Shown here: piece after piece, positions 11,988 to 22,805 of the stretch | How positions within the stretch are numbered: the stretch's first letter is position 1 | Layout of the letters: every line of letters begins with the position of its first letter | Source of the DNA: Dehalococcoidia bacterium | Lineage (GTDB): Bacteria > Chloroflexota > Dehalococcoidia > GIF9 > AB-539-J10 | Assembly: GCA_030602785.1 (NCBI GenBank) | Contig: JAUVZB010000004.1 | Span: 33,344 to 97,343, forward strand | Length of the DNA stretch: 64,000 nucleotides | Direction: 5' to 3' | Notes under the pieces: generated by a model | What the model was told of the DNA's origin: nothing | Database searches by the model: none | What the model saw: the letters and a program-made list of their open reading frames with translations, nothing else | Position numbers and translations under genes: made by a program

Positions 11988-12138
11988 CTTTTTTTGTAGC
12001 AGTTGGTCTTCCATACGCTCTCTACGTTCATTGCCGTACGCGGCCGTCCCGTCGGTTATTGACCTTCCATTGCCGAAGGTCGTAATATTCGGTTAAGACG
12101 GGGTTTCCCGCAATGAGGCAATCCAATGAGAAGGAAAT

Positions 12139-13662
12139 ATGGACTACGTATATGTACTGGTCGGGCTCTCCCTGCTTCTGGGAGGTCTCGTTGGCTACTA
12201 CGTGCGGCAGATTGTCGCCAATCAGCAGATACTCGGCACTCGCAAGCAGGCTGAGAGACTCCTAAACGAGGCCACCACTCGCCACCGCGAGCTCTTGCGC
12301 GATGCGCGCGAAGAGGCGCGTAAGCTCCGCAACGCTGCCGAATCCGAGAACAAGGAGCATCGCCTCCAGTTGCAGCGCCTCGAGAACCGCCTTGATCAGA
12401 AGGAAGCTTCTATTGAGCGCAAGCTTGCGGCCGTGGGGCGGCGCGAACACGAGCTGGATGACAAGTCCAGGGAACTGCAGCAGGCGTCGGCTGAGATAGA
12501 TGACCTCAAGAAGAAGGAACTCGAGAAGCTCGAGCAGATATCGGGCGTAACGTCTGAGGAAGCCAGGCGCTTGCTTCTTGCATCCGTTGAGGATGAGGTG
12601 AAGGAGGAAGCTGCGCGGCAGGTCCGCATGTGGGAGGCGCAGGTACGCGAGGAGTCTGATCGCACTGCCCAGTACGTCCTGGCCACGGCCATCCAGCGCT
12701 GGACGGCCGATGTGGTCTCAGAGACCACCGTCTCTACCGTGGCTCTGCCATCCGATGAGATGAAAGGCCGTCTGATTGGCCGCGAGGGCAGAAACATCCG
12801 GGCACTCGAGCAGGCGACCGGTGTCGACCTGATAATTGACGACACGCCGGAGATGGTCACTATCTCCAGCTTCGCAGCGGTGAGGCGCGAGATAGCCCGC
12901 ATCGCTCTCAACAAGCTCATCCTCGACGGTCGTATCCACCCGGCGCGCATCGAGGAAATCGTCGAGAAGGCCAAGGCTGAAGTTGACGTCGCAATCAAGG
13001 CCCACGGCGAGAGCGCATCGTACGAAGCAGGCGTTCCCGGCTTGCACCCCGAGCTGGTCAAACTCATCGGACAACTCAAGTACCGCACGAGCTACGGCCA
13101 GAACGTTCTACAACACAGCCTCGAGGTTGCTCACTTGGCCGGCATGATTGCGGAGGAGATCGGGGTTGATGCAGCAGTTGCACGCAGAGCCGGGCTGCTC
13201 CATGACATTGGCAAAGCGGTCGACTTCGAGGTCGAAGGGTCTCATGCGGCAATCGGCGCCAACCTCGTGCGACAGTGGGACAAGTCTGAGGAGATAGCTC
13301 AGGCTGTTGCCGAGCACCACGGTGAAGCACCAACCACGAGCACTCTCGGTTTCATCGTCGCGGCCGCCGATGCCATAAGTGGCTCCCGGCCGGGCGCGAG
13401 GCGCGAGTCTCTCGACCAGTACCTGAAGCGAATCAGGGAGCTTGAGGATATCGCCACCGGCTTCGAGGGTGTCGAGAAGGCATACGCCATCCAGGCTGGC
13501 CGCGAAGTCAGGGTTCTCGTCAGGCCGGAACAGACGGATGACCTCGGCGCCATCCGCCTCGCCCGCGATATCTCCAAGAAGATCGAAGAGTTGCTCACCT
13601 ATCCGGGCCAGATCAGGGTTGTGGTTGCGCGCCAGACAACCGCGGTCGAGTACGCCAGGTAG
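12139..13662 (+). CDS. rny: ribonuclease Y (N-terminal TM helix, coiled coil, KH and HD domains)
   Basis: 507 aa; KH segment ([13 protein letters not shown]) and HD segment ([10 protein letters not shown]…HH); typical Rny architecture. Confidence 0.9.
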   Translation: MDYVYVLVGLSLLLGGLVGYYVRQIVANQQILGTRKQAERLLNEATTRHRELLRDAREEARKLRNAAESENKEHRLQLQRLENRLDQKEASIERKLAAVGRREHELDDKSRELQQASAEIDDLKKKELEKLEQISGVTSEEARRLLLASVEDEVKEEAARQVRMWEAQVREESDRTAQYVLATAIQRWTADVVSETTVSTVALPSDEMKGRLIGREGRNIRALEQATGVDLIIDDTPEMVTISSFAAVRREIARIALNKLILDGRIHPARIEEIVEKAKAEVDVAIKAHGESASYEAGVPGLHPELVKLIGQLKYRTSYGQNVLQHSLEVAHLAGMIAEEIGVDAAVARRAGLLHDIGKAVDFEVEGSHAAIGANLVRQWDKSEEIAQAVAEHHGEAPTTSTLGFIVAAADAISGSRPGARRESLDQYLKRIRELEDIATGFEGVEKAYAIQAGREVRVLVRPEQTDDLGAIRLARDISKKIEELLTYPGQIRVVVARQTTAVEYAR

Positions 13663-13680
13663 TAGCAGTCGCAAGCCGCT

Positions 13681-14453
13681 GTGAAAGTACTTGCTATCGG
13701 CGACGTTATTGGGAGACCCGGGCGTCGCGCTCTGGCTCAGGTTGTGCCCCGACTTCGCAGGGAATACTCGATTGACGTCGTGGTTGCCAATGGCGAGAAT
13801 CTTGCAGGTGGCCTGGGCATTACCGCCGACACCCTCGCCGAGCTACATGCGACCGGCGTCGACGTAGTCACTTCAGGGAATCACGTCTGGCACCACAAGG
13901 AAATCGTCGCGTATCTGGAGGACGACCGCCCTGTCATCCGCCCACTGAACTACCCCCGGCGGTGCCTGGTCGTGGCTTCTATCTCATTGACGGACTGCTG
14001 GTCGTCAACCTCATTGGGAGGACGTTCATGGCCAGCTACGATTGCCCGTTCCGGACTATGGATGCGCTGCTGAGTGAGCCTCCCACAGGCACCAGGGCAG
14101 TCCTGGTCGATTTCCACGCCGAGGCTACTTCGGAGAAAGTCGCCCTGGGCCGCTACCTGGATGGAAGAGTCGCTGCTGTCTTTGGCACTCATACGCATGT
14201 TGGCACGATAGACTCGCGCATTCTGCCCGAGGGGACGGCCTACGTGACTGACATTGGAATGGTGGGGCCGGTCGACTCGGTCATCGGCGACGATATCCAG
14301 ATGGTGATACAGAGATTCCTCACCCAGATACCGGAGCGCCTCTCCGTGGCGAAAGGCCAGGGTCCCGTTGAGTTCAACGCGGTCCTTGTCACGATAGATC
14401 AGGGGTCAGGGCAGGCGACGGAACTGACACGCATCCGGGAAGTCGTGGACTAG
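13681..14453 (+). pseudogene. ymdB: YmdB-like (TIGR00282) 2',3'-cNMP phosphodiesterase / metallophosphoesterase, reading frame broken at a C5 run (about 13953-13957)
   Basis: ORF 13681-14073 matches the YmdB N-terminal half (LAIGDVIGRPGR…VVANGENLAGG…GNHVWHHKEI…RPLNYP) and the -1-frame ORF 13962-14453 matches the C-terminal half (PGRGFYLIDG…VNLIGRTF…FHAEATSEK…GTHTHVGT); one extra C in the run would restore …NYPPAVPGRGFYLID…. Confidence 0.6.
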
Positions 14454-14481
14454 CCCCCGCGCCATCTCGCTACAGCTTATG

Positions 14482-15408
14482 CTACAGGCTGGACGGCTGC
14501 GAGTCGGTGCCGCTATGCCTCCCCAGCACCACACGTCCCACTCCCGCGAGGTCGCAAACGGTCTTCACATCCGTCCAGCAGCCGGCCTGTCTCATCAAGG
14601 TCTCCACCGGGCCTGACTGGCCCTCGCCAACCTCGAGGAGCAGCCATCCGTTGCAGACCAACGCTTCCGGAGCCTGGTCAATGACCCTCCTGACTTCCCG
14701 AAGCCCGTCAGGCCCTCCGTCCAGCGCCAGCTTCGGTTCGTATACACGTACTTCCGGGCTTAGCTCGGCGAACTCCCCGCTTGGCACGTAGGGGAGGTTG
14801 GCCACCACGGCTGCAAATCCCCTGCGGAAACCTGACAGCAGGTCGCCTTGCACCAGTCGAACCCTTTCGCGCACGCCATGACGGACGCAATTGGCGGCCG
14901 CCACCTGCAGTGCCTCTCTCGACGTATCTGTGGCCTCGATTTCCAATTCAGGCGATTCGCACGCGAGCGTGATAGCAAGCGCCCCACTGCCGGTGCCGAC
15001 ATCAATCACGCGCAGTTGCTCTGCGTTGCGTGAAAGCCCGGAGAACAGCCCGGCGAACTGCTCTACAAGCAATTCCGTCTCCGGTCGTGGAATAAGCACC
15101 CGCGAGTCGACATAGAAGTCCCTTCCATAGAAGGTGGCACAACCGAGGATGTATTGAAGGGGCTCACGACTGAGCCTTCTGGATAGAAGTCTCTCCAGCT
15201 CCGCCAGTTCGGTGGCGGCAGGAGCCCGCTGGAGCTGACAGAGGAGGTGAGTCAGTGATTGACCGGTTACTTGCTGCAGCAGCAAGGCAGCTTCGTGCTC
15301 CGGTGATTCAACTCCGGCATTCGTCAGAACGCCGCGAGTGCGGAGTAGACAGGTTTGAATACTGTCATTAGGAGGCAGATTCGCGTTGGGCTCCGGCGTT
15401 GAGTGCAT
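14482..15408 (-). CDS. prmC: release-factor glutamine N5-methyltransferase PrmC/HemK
   Basis: SAM-MTase motifs (VIDVGTGSGALAI, VVANLPYVP); immediately downstream of prfA and overlapping its 3' end; long ORF 14482-15597 trimmed to the internal Met. Confidence 0.8.
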   Translation of the reverse strand: MHSTPEPNANLPPNDSIQTCLLRTRGVLTNAGVESPEHEAALLLQQVTGQSLTHLLCQLQRAPAATELAELERLLSRRLSREPLQYILGCATFYGRDFYVDSRVLIPRPETELLVEQFAGLFSGLSRNAEQLRVIDVGTGSGALAITLACESPELEIEATDTSREALQVAAANCVRHGVRERVRLVQGDLLSGFRRGFAAVVANLPYVPSGEFAELSPEVRVYEPKLALDGGPDGLREVRRVIDQAPEALVCNGWLLLEVGEGQSGPVETLMRQAGCWTDVKTVCDLAGVGRVVLGRHSGTDSQPSSL

Positions 15409-16429
15409 CAATAATGTCATCCATCTCACCAGCAAGCAGGCGTGGGATATTGTGGAAGCTCTGGCCGATGCGGTGGTCAGTGATGCGGTCCTGGGGGAAG
15501 TTGTACGTCCGTATCTTCTCAGACCTGTCGCCACTCCCCACCTGCGCCCGCCTGTCGTTCTCAATTCTGTCCGACTGCTCACGGCTCTTGAGGTCATACA
15601 GGCGGGCCCGCAGGACCGCCATCGCCTTCAGTCGGTTCTTGAGCTGCGAACGCTCATCCTGACACACGGCAACTGTTCCCGTCGGAATGTGGGTCAGCCG
15701 CACCGCCGTGGTTACCTTGTTCACGTTCTGTCCCCCTGCACCACCCGAATGAAACAAGTCTATTCTGATGTCGTTGGGGTTGATCTCCAGGTCTATCTCT
15801 TCAGCCACGGGAAGCACGGCAACTGTCGCTGCCGATGTGTGAATCCGGCCCGATGCCTCAGTCAAGGGGACGCGCTGTACCCGGTGCACGCCACGCTCAT
15901 ACTTGAGCCGACTGTACGCCCCGGAACCCCTCACCTCAAAGACGGCCTCCTTGAGTCCTTTCGCCCCACTCAGTGTGTTATCGATGACGTCGACTTGCCA
16001 CCCTCTGAGCTCCGCGTAGCGCGTATACATCCTGAACAGGTCTGCCACGAAAATCGAGGCCTCCTCGCCTCCGGTTCCTGCCCGTATCTCGACAATGACG
16101 TCCTTTGAGTCATTAGGGTCGGCGTCAACGAGAAACTCCTTCAATCCGCCCTCGAGTTCTTCCAGCCGTGACGTAAGAGACGTGAGTTCTTCTCTCTCGA
16201 CCTGCCGCATTTCCGAATCAGTTGTTTGTTCAAGAAGTGTGCGTAGTTCCGATACCTCACGTTCTGCGTCGTGATACTCCACGTATTTCGTCACAGCTGG
16301 CTGCAAAGCGGCGTGTTCCTTGCCGAGCGCCTGAATCCTGTTCCTGTCTGCTGCGACGTCAGGCTCAGCCATCTCGCGCTCGATTTCGCGATACCGCTCC
16401 TGCATTCGTTCCAGCTTCTCGTACGTCAT
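15368..16429 (-). CDS. prfA: peptide chain release factor 1
   Basis: GGQ motif (HSGGAGGQNVNK) and PLT (PxT-type) tripeptide of RF1 (RVQRVPLTEASGRIHTSA); 353 aa. Confidence 0.9.
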   Translation of the reverse strand: MTYEKLERMQERYREIEREMAEPDVAADRNRIQALGKEHAALQPAVTKYVEYHDAEREVSELRTLLEQTTDSEMRQVEREELTSLTSRLEELEGGLKEFLVDADPNDSKDVIVEIRAGTGGEEASIFVADLFRMYTRYAELRGWQVDVIDNTLSGAKGLKEAVFEVRGSGAYSRLKYERGVHRVQRVPLTEASGRIHTSAATVAVLPVAEEIDLEINPNDIRIDLFHSGGAGGQNVNKVTTAVRLTHIPTGTVAVCQDERSQLKNRLKAMAVLRARLYDLKSREQSDRIENDRRAQVGSGDRSEKIRTYNFPQDRITDHRIGQSFHNIPRLLAGEMDDIIDALNAGAQRESAS

Positions 16430-16526
16430 GGTGTGAACCTCTTCAATCCGGAACAGCGATTGTAGTACAGACAGGCCAGGTACTCAAAGCATGAGTGATG
16501 AAATAGCGTCAGGCGCACGCGGTTGG

Positions 16527-17088
16527 CTAGTCAACTGGTGAACTCCGGACGGACGCAACAGCGCGACCATATGCCTCGAACGTGGCCGTATCAAACAGCA
16601 CAAAGACGACCCGCGTGACTGAATCCGCCTCGGCGCGGAGGAAATTCATCACGGTCCGGACAGCCAGCGATGACGCCTGCTCAACGGGATACCGGTAGGC
16701 GCCCGTGCTGATTGAGGGAAAGGCTACGCTCTTAAGGTGCAGCGTCTCAGCTACAAGGAGCGACTCCCTGTACGCACTCGCAAGCACTTCCGGCTCGCCA
16801 CTGCGGCCTCCATGCCACACAGGTCCGACGGTGTGTATCACGTGGGGAGCGGACAGATTCCCGCCGCCGGTCGCGACCGCTTCTCCGGGCGGCAGACGGC
16901 CGCGTCGGGACACGATTGCCTTGCACTCCTCGAGGATGGACGCGCCTCCGCCGCGGTGGATTGCCCCGTCCACACCTCCGCCTCCCATGAGGCTGGAATT
17001 GGCTGCATTCACGATTGCGTCGGTGGTCTGTCGTGTGATATCGCCTTGCTCGATAGCAAGGACTCTCTCTCCGACTGTGAACTGCATC
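16527..17088 (-). CDS. macro-domain protein (MacroD/YmdB-type O-acetyl-ADP-ribose deacetylase family)
   Basis: ITRQTTDAIVNAANSSLMGGGGVDGAIHR…HVIHTVGPVW motifs; ORF 16527-17330 trimmed to the internal Met at the domain start. Confidence 0.8.
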
Positions 17089-17208
17089 CAGCTCCTCCAT
17101 CCGAGCACACGAGGCTCGACGCTCGGACCAGCAGGGGCTTTGCCCCGCCACGCGACCGAGACTATAATACTGCAGCAACACCCGTCAGCATAAGGAGGTA
17201 CGCTGCCG

Positions 17209-18675
17209 ATGGCACTCAAGACCGCACAGGAATACATAGACAGCCTTCGCGCGCTCAAGTCAGATGTGTGGCTGTTCGGCGAGAAGGTCGAGAACTTCGT
17301 CGACCATCCCGTCATCAGACCGTCTATCAACGCTATCGCGATGACCTACAAGGCAGCACACGAACCGGAATGGGAAGACCTGGCGACGACCACCTCAACA
17401 CTCACCGGTGAGAAGATCAACCGGTTCACTGCACTCTTCATGAGCCAGGACGACATGGTCAAGAAGGTAAAGCTGCAGCGGATGCTCGGCCGGCGCACAG
17501 GCTGTTGTTTCCAGCGCTGCGTCGGCATGGATGCAATCAATGCCGTATACAGCACCACGTTCGAGATTGACGAGAAGCACGGCACGGAGTACCACAAGCG
17601 CTTCAAAGAGTGGTTGAAATACATTCAACAGAACGACTTCTGTGTCCAGGGAGCTATGACTGACGTCAAGGGAGACAGGTCGCTTAGACCCCATCAGCAG
17701 GAAGACCCGGACATGTACGTGCATGTTGTGGAGCGTCGCGACGACGGAATTGTCATCCGCGGAGCGAAAGCCCATCAGACCGGCAGCGTGAACTCTCATG
17801 AAATGCTTGTCATGCCCACGCTGACGATGCGCGAGGGGGATGAGGACTACGCTGTATGTTGCGCCTTTCCCTCGGACTCAGAGGGAGTGCATTTCATCTA
17901 TGGCCGGCAGTCCTGCGATAAGCGCAAACTCGAAGAAGGCGATATCGATGTCGGCAACTTCATGTTTGGCGGGCAGGAAGCCCTCACAGTGCTTGACAAC
18001 GTGTTCGTTCCTTGGGAACGGGTGTTCATGGATGGCGAAGTCGAGTTCTCGAATCCTGTGGTTGAGCGTTTCGCCGGAAATCACAGACAGAGCTACGGTG
18101 GGTGCAAACCTGGCATCGGTGACGTTCTCCTGGGAGCCACCTCCTCCATGACGGAATACAATGGCGTGGCGAGGGCTTCACACGTTCGCGACAAGATTGC
18201 CGAGATGAATCATCTCGTGGAAACGTTGCATGCCTGTGGACTGGCGTCATGTACCCAGGGCAGTAGGACGAAGGCGGGAAACTACCAGCCTGATATCCTG
18301 ATGGCGAATGTGTGCAAGATGAATGTCACCCGCTTTCCATACGAGCTTTGCCGCATTGCCGAGGATCTCGCGGGTGGCGCGCTGGTCACGATACCTTCAG
18401 AGAGCGACCTCAGGAGCCCGGAGGTTGGAAAGTACGTTGAGAAGTACTTCAAGACTTCGAACACGGGTGCTGAGGAGCGCATGCGTATGCTGTCCCTTAT
18501 CAACAGCATGACGTTTGGCCTCACAGCCCCGAGTTATCGTACCGAGTCGATGCACGGCGCTGGCTCACCACAAGCTATGAAGGTCATGATTGAGCGGCAA
18601 TCAAACATGGAGACCAAGAAGGCGGCTGCGCGAAAGCTGGCGGGCATCGATGCGAGGGAGGACCTCTCTGACTAG
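17209..18675 (+). CDS. abfD: 4-hydroxybutyryl-CoA dehydratase / vinylacetyl-CoA delta-isomerase family protein (HpaB-like fold)
   Basis: 488 aa; near-collinear similarity to Clostridium AbfD (…YIDSLR…FGEK.ENFVDHPVIRPSIN…CFQRCVGMDA…GAKAHQTGS.NSHE…YRTESMHGAGSPQA…). Confidence 0.8.
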   Translation: MALKTAQEYIDSLRALKSDVWLFGEKVENFVDHPVIRPSINAIAMTYKAAHEPEWEDLATTTSTLTGEKINRFTALFMSQDDMVKKVKLQRMLGRRTGCCFQRCVGMDAINAVYSTTFEIDEKHGTEYHKRFKEWLKYIQQNDFCVQGAMTDVKGDRSLRPHQQEDPDMYVHVVERRDDGIVIRGAKAHQTGSVNSHEMLVMPTLTMREGDEDYAVCCAFPSDSEGVHFIYGRQSCDKRKLEEGDIDVGNFMFGGQEALTVLDNVFVPWERVFMDGEVEFSNPVVERFAGNHRQSYGGCKPGIGDVLLGATSSMTEYNGVARASHVRDKIAEMNHLVETLHACGLASCTQGSRTKAGNYQPDILMANVCKMNVTRFPYELCRIAEDLAGGALVTIPSESDLRSPEVGKYVEKYFKTSNTGAEERMRMLSLINSMTFGLTAPSYRTESMHGAGSPQAMKVMIERQSNMETKKAAARKLAGIDAREDLSD

Positions 18676-18832
18676 GACCGTTTGCCTGCGCGCGTCGGGC
18701 GATACTCGCGCAGTATCACCGAAACATCCGGGAACGGGCGGCGTCAGCCGCCCGTTCCCATGTACAATGAAGGGGCAAGCCTTCACAAGCACCAGAGACT
18801 GGTAGTACAAGCGTATCGTACAGGGAGGACCA

Positions 18833-19423
18833 ATGAGCGACACGTACGATGTTGAGGTGAAACTGCTTGCAATAACGCCGGACGCGGAGACGTTGATTGA
18901 GACGGCCGGCCGGTTGTGTTGGAACACTCAAGACCGGACGGGGACAGTACCTGACCGTATCCAGCGATGGATTGAGATTGGCCACGAGTCGATGATCGAA
19001 CACGCGTGTGCCACCTTCTTCGTTCGAGGAAGCAGGGCAATGACACACGAACTGGTCCGCCACCGGCTGGCAAGCTACAGTCAGCGCAGCCAGCGATACG
19101 TGCGTGAATCAGAGCCTGCCTATATCGAGCCTCCCGAACTGCAGGTGTCCGGGGCCGCACAGGAAACATACCGGCACGCCATGGATGGCGCCTGGGAGGC
19201 GTACAGGCAGCTGCTCGAAAGCGGACTCAAGCCGGAGATAGCCCGCTATGTCCTCCCCAACGCCTGCTACACCGAGATAATCTGTACGTGGAATTTCCGC
19301 GAACTGCGCCACATTATCAAATTGCGACGCTCGCCGCGGGCGCTTCCTGAAATCAGAGTGGTTGCGGAGAAGATACTCGACATAATGAAAGAGCAGGCGC
19401 CGCAGGTCTTCGAGGTCCTGTAG
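18833..19423 (+). CDS. thyX: flavin-dependent thymidylate synthase
   Basis: ThyX signature RHRLASYSQRSQRY (RHRxxSxxxxSxR); 196 aa. Confidence 0.85.
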   Translation: MSDTYDVEVKLLAITPDAETLIETAGRLCWNTQDRTGTVPDRIQRWIEIGHESMIEHACATFFVRGSRAMTHELVRHRLASYSQRSQRYVRESEPAYIEPPELQVSGAAQETYRHAMDGAWEAYRQLLESGLKPEIARYVLPNACYTEIICTWNFRELRHIIKLRRSPRALPEIRVVAEKILDIMKEQAPQVFEVL

Positions 19424-19469
19424 TCGCTCGTTAGCGGCACAACTGCGACACAGCCTTGCGGGTCACACT

Positions 19470-19931
19470 TCAGGCGTCCGTTATCGCGATGTCGCACGCA
19501 TGAGCGCCGCTGAGGCGCACGATGTCCTCCGTGCGCAGGCGTACAAGCCGTGTCCGGGTCCCACCTCCACACCAGACGCGCTCCTGCAGCAACACCTCAT
19601 GGTCCACATAGACCGCTATGCTCTTCCTGTGCCCCACGGGAGGAATCCCTCCAGAGGGAAAGCCTGTCGCCTTCTCAGCGGCGTCATCGGGTGCGATTCT
19701 GAGGCGACGGGAGTCGGAGCAGGCCTCCAGCTTGTGTCTGCTTACCATGTGGTCGCCGCGAACAACGCCCACGACGGGTCGACCGTCATCGTCAATGAAC
19801 ACGATGGTCTTCGCGATCTCGTGCAGTGGCAGGCCGCTCGCGCGCGCCGCCTCGCTTGCGTGGTGGGTGGAAGTCTTCTCGATGAACTCGAACTCGGCAT
19901 GGTTCGCCTTAAGGTACGCAGTGAGATTCAT
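19470..19931 (-). CDS. YbaK/ProX-like aminoacyl-tRNA deacylase domain protein
   Basis: About 154 aa from Met (MNLTAYLKAN…); the N-terminal part of ORF 19470-20216 looks like read-through, not coding. Confidence 0.65.
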   Translation of the reverse strand: MNLTAYLKANHAEFEFIEKTSTHHASEAARASGLPLHEIAKTIVFIDDDGRPVVGVVRGDHMVSRHKLEACSDSRRLRIAPDDAAEKATGFPSGGIPPVGHRKSIAVYVDHEVLLQERVWCGGGTRTRLVRLRTEDIVRLSGAHACDIAITDA

Positions 19932-20414
19932 GATTATCCTCAGAAGCACTCTCCGTGGGCGTGGCGCATGTGCGCCGCCGGCCAATGGTAGCAGACTGCC
20001 CGGTGCACGAACATGAAGCGGGGTGTGCGCTTTTCTCCAGACAGGTAGTGGAACAGAGCATTTCGCGAACGGCGCACCGGTCTCCCGGAACCGATGCCCA
20101 TTGACATCGTGAAGTTGCATTACATAGACTAGAACCGTCGGCAGCACTGAACGTAATCCGCCGCGCCTTGTGGAACGGACAAACGGAAGGAGGATTCTGA
20201 CACATGAGGGAGTCATTTACCTGAAGCCGCTGTCTATCCGCTGGTCGGCGGTCTTCGGTGCCAAATCCCTTCCACGCTAGCCAGTTCATTCCCGCGCGTC
20301 GCCATATTCGGGCACAAACACGCTTTGCTTGCACCTAGTTGTGCGTCCGCGACGGTATGCATCGGGTGAAAGCTGTCCTGCGTAACGCTTGACAATCAAG
20401 GAGGATATCGAAAA

Positions 20415-21428
20415 ATGAAACTTGGGAAACGCTCTTGGAGAGGACTCGTCGTTCTCTCGATGGCCCTCACGCTGTTGGTGCTACCGGTGCTGGGATGTGC
20501 ACCGGAGGAGAAGGAGACAGTCGTGTTTGGAGACCTCAGCTGGGATAGTGCGCAGGTGGGCAACCGCATAGCTGCGTTCATCGTTCAGCATGGCTACGGC
20601 TACGAGGTTGACTATGTCCCGGGCGACACCATCACGATTCTTCAGGCCCTCCGCTCCGGTGAGGTCCAGGTTAACATGGAGATCTGGGTTGAGAATCAGA
20701 TCGAGCCGTACAACGAGGCACTCGATGCTGGTGACGTCATAGACCTGGGCAACAACTACGGCGACAATTACCAGGGATGGCTTGTTCCAACGTACATGAT
20801 TGAAGGCGACTCTGAGCGCGGCATCGACGCAACGGCCCCGGGCCTGAAATCCGTGTTCGATCTGCCCGACTACTGGGAGCTCTTTAAGGACCCCGAGGAC
20901 AAGTCGAAGGGTCGGTTTACCAACTCAATCCCGGGCTGGATGTGCACCGGGATCAACACCCAGAAACTCGCTACATATGGACTGGACGAGTACTACACCG
21001 ATTTCGTAGTAGGCTCGGATGCTGCTCTCTCCGGCTCTATGGCAGGCGCCTATGCGAAAGGTGATTCCTGGCTCGGCTACTACTGGGCGCCGACGTGGGT
21101 ATTGGGTAAGTTCGACATGACCTTGCTGGAAGAGCCGGCGTATGACGAAGATCTCTTCACCGAAGAGAAGGGGTATGCCTGCGCCTACCCCTCGAACAAC
21201 GTGAACGTCGCTGTGAACGCCGCGTTCGCAGACGCGAATCCGGATGTCATGGAGTTCCTGAGTAACTTCACCACCACGACCGCGCTGCAGAACGAGGTCC
21301 TCGCGTACATGCAGGAGACCGAGGCATCCACCGACGAAGCGGCCATGTTCTTCCTGGCGGAGTACGAGGATCTGTGGACCAAATGGGTCCCGAGCGATGT
21401 GGCGGACGCAGTCAAGGCTGCCCTGTAG
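20415..21428 (+). CDS. opuAC: glycine betaine/proline ABC transporter substrate-binding lipoprotein
   Basis: Signal peptide with lipobox (LPVLGC), OpuAC-like fold; followed by the ATPase and permease. Confidence 0.8.
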   Translation: MKLGKRSWRGLVVLSMALTLLVLPVLGCAPEEKETVVFGDLSWDSAQVGNRIAAFIVQHGYGYEVDYVPGDTITILQALRSGEVQVNMEIWVENQIEPYNEALDAGDVIDLGNNYGDNYQGWLVPTYMIEGDSERGIDATAPGLKSVFDLPDYWELFKDPEDKSKGRFTNSIPGWMCTGINTQKLATYGLDEYYTDFVVGSDAALSGSMAGAYAKGDSWLGYYWAPTWVLGKFDMTLLEEPAYDEDLFTEEKGYACAYPSNNVNVAVNAAFADANPDVMEFLSNFTTTTALQNEVLAYMQETEASTDEAAMFFLAEYEDLWTKWVPSDVADAVKAAL

Positions 21429-21452
21429 AAACGAATCCCCGAGGGGTATCAC

Positions 21453-22805
21453 ATGGCCCATAGCGGCAACGGCAACAACAGCCTCGACGCAGACCGGGAG
21501 GTCTGCGTCGAGGTCAGTAACCTGTGGAAGGTCTTCGGCCACGAGCCGGAGCGCGTCCTCGACGACCCGGAACTTCGCGCTGCGACGAAAGAAGTAGTCC
21601 TGACCAAAGCAGGATGCATCATCGCGTTGCGCGATGTGTCGTTCAACGTGCACAAGGGCGAGTTCTTCGTCCTTATGGGGCTGTCCGGAAGCGGCAAATC
21701 GACTCTGATTCGCTGCATCATAAGACTAGCCGACCCGACGGCGGGCAGTGTGTTCATCAACGCCGAGGACATCTGCGCGTTTGATGAAGAACGGCTTGCC
21801 GAGGTGAGGCGCCATACTACTGGAATGGTTTTCCAGCACTTCGGGCTTCTGCCGCATCGTTCCGTGCTTGACAACGTCGCCTACGGCTTGAAGATCAGGG
21901 GCGTGCTCCGGGAGGAGCGCTACGAGAAAGCTCGAGCCTGTATCGAGAAGGTCGGCCTCAAAGGCTGGGAAGGCTATCTTCCCTCTTCGCTGAGCGGGGG
22001 CATGCAACAGCGTGTGGGAATCGCGCGGGCATTGGCCGGCGACCCCGAGATACTGCTGCTGGATGAGCCATTCAGTGGTCTTGACCCGCTTATCCGACGC
22101 CAGATGCAGGATGAGTTGCTGGAGCTTCAGGTGGAAATACAGAAGACCATCCTGTTCGTGACGCACGATCTGCATGAGGCGCTCAAGGTCGGGGACCGCA
22201 TCGCCATCATGCGTGACGGCGAGATTATTCAGACGGGCACGCCGGAAGACGTCGTAATCAACCCGAGCGACTCGTACGTGCGGCAGTTCGTGCAGGACGC
22301 GTCGCCGACGAAGGTCCTGACGGCGCGCACAGTGATGGAGCAGCCGCCTGTCCTGCTCTACTCGTGGCAGGGCCCGAAAGCTGCGCTCCAGATTCTCCGG
22401 GATGCGAATGTTGACAGCGCGTTCGTAGTGGCACGCAAGGCGCGCATTCTGGGGCAGGTTACGGTTGAAGGCCTTGTCGCTCTCATCAGAAAGCGGGACA
22501 CCTTTCTCAAGGACGCGCTCAATCCGGACATTCAGACTTGCCACGCCGACTCGATTCTGGATGACCTTGTGCCGCTTGTTGCCTCCACCCGCTACCCGGT
22601 GGCGGTCATTGATGAGGACAACCGCTTTCTCGGCGAAGTGTACGTCAGCACAATCATCGCAAACATGATCCAGGAGCAGGGTCCCGAGGAGGATGAAGAG
22701 GCAGTGGAAGAGGCGCAAGACGGACTTGCTGAGGGACAAGAGGACACGGAGGAGAACGCGAAGGCCCTCGAGGACGGTCCGTCAGAAGGAGCAGAAGAGG
22801 CATGA
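21453..22805 (+). CDS. opuAA: glycine betaine/proline ABC transporter ATP-binding protein with C-terminal tandem CBS domains
   Basis: Walker A GLSGSGKST, signature LSGGMQQRV, Walker B LLLDEPFS; CBS region plus acidic tail. Confidence 0.85.
   Translation: MAHSGNGNNSLDADREVCVEVSNLWKVFGHEPERVLDDPELRAATKEVVLTKAGCIIALRDVSFNVHKGEFFVLMGLSGSGKSTLIRCIIRLADPTAGSVFINAEDICAFDEERLAEVRRHTTGMVFQHFGLLPHRSVLDNVAYGLKIRGVLREERYEKARACIEKVGLKGWEGYLPSSLSGGMQQRVGIARALAGDPEILLLDEPFSGLDPLIRRQMQDELLELQVEIQKTILFVTHDLHEALKVGDRIAIMRDGEIIQTGTPEDVVINPSDSYVRQFVQDASPTKVLTARTVMEQPPVLLYSWQGPKAALQILRDANVDSAFVVARKARILGQVTVEGLVALIRKRDTFLKDALNPDIQTCHADSILDDLVPLVASTRYPVAVIDEDNRFLGEVYVSTIIANMIQEQGPEEDEEAVEEAQDGLAEGQEDTEENAKALEDGPSEGAEEA

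Noticed and set aside
12396-13088. 230-aa ORF antisense to rny, and similar antisense ORFs across the window (e.g. 8477-9586, 28887-29639, 42409-43047, 48123-49097)
   Set aside because: All lie opposite well-supported genes and have Ala/Arg/Ser/Pro-rich composition typical of GC-rich antisense frames.
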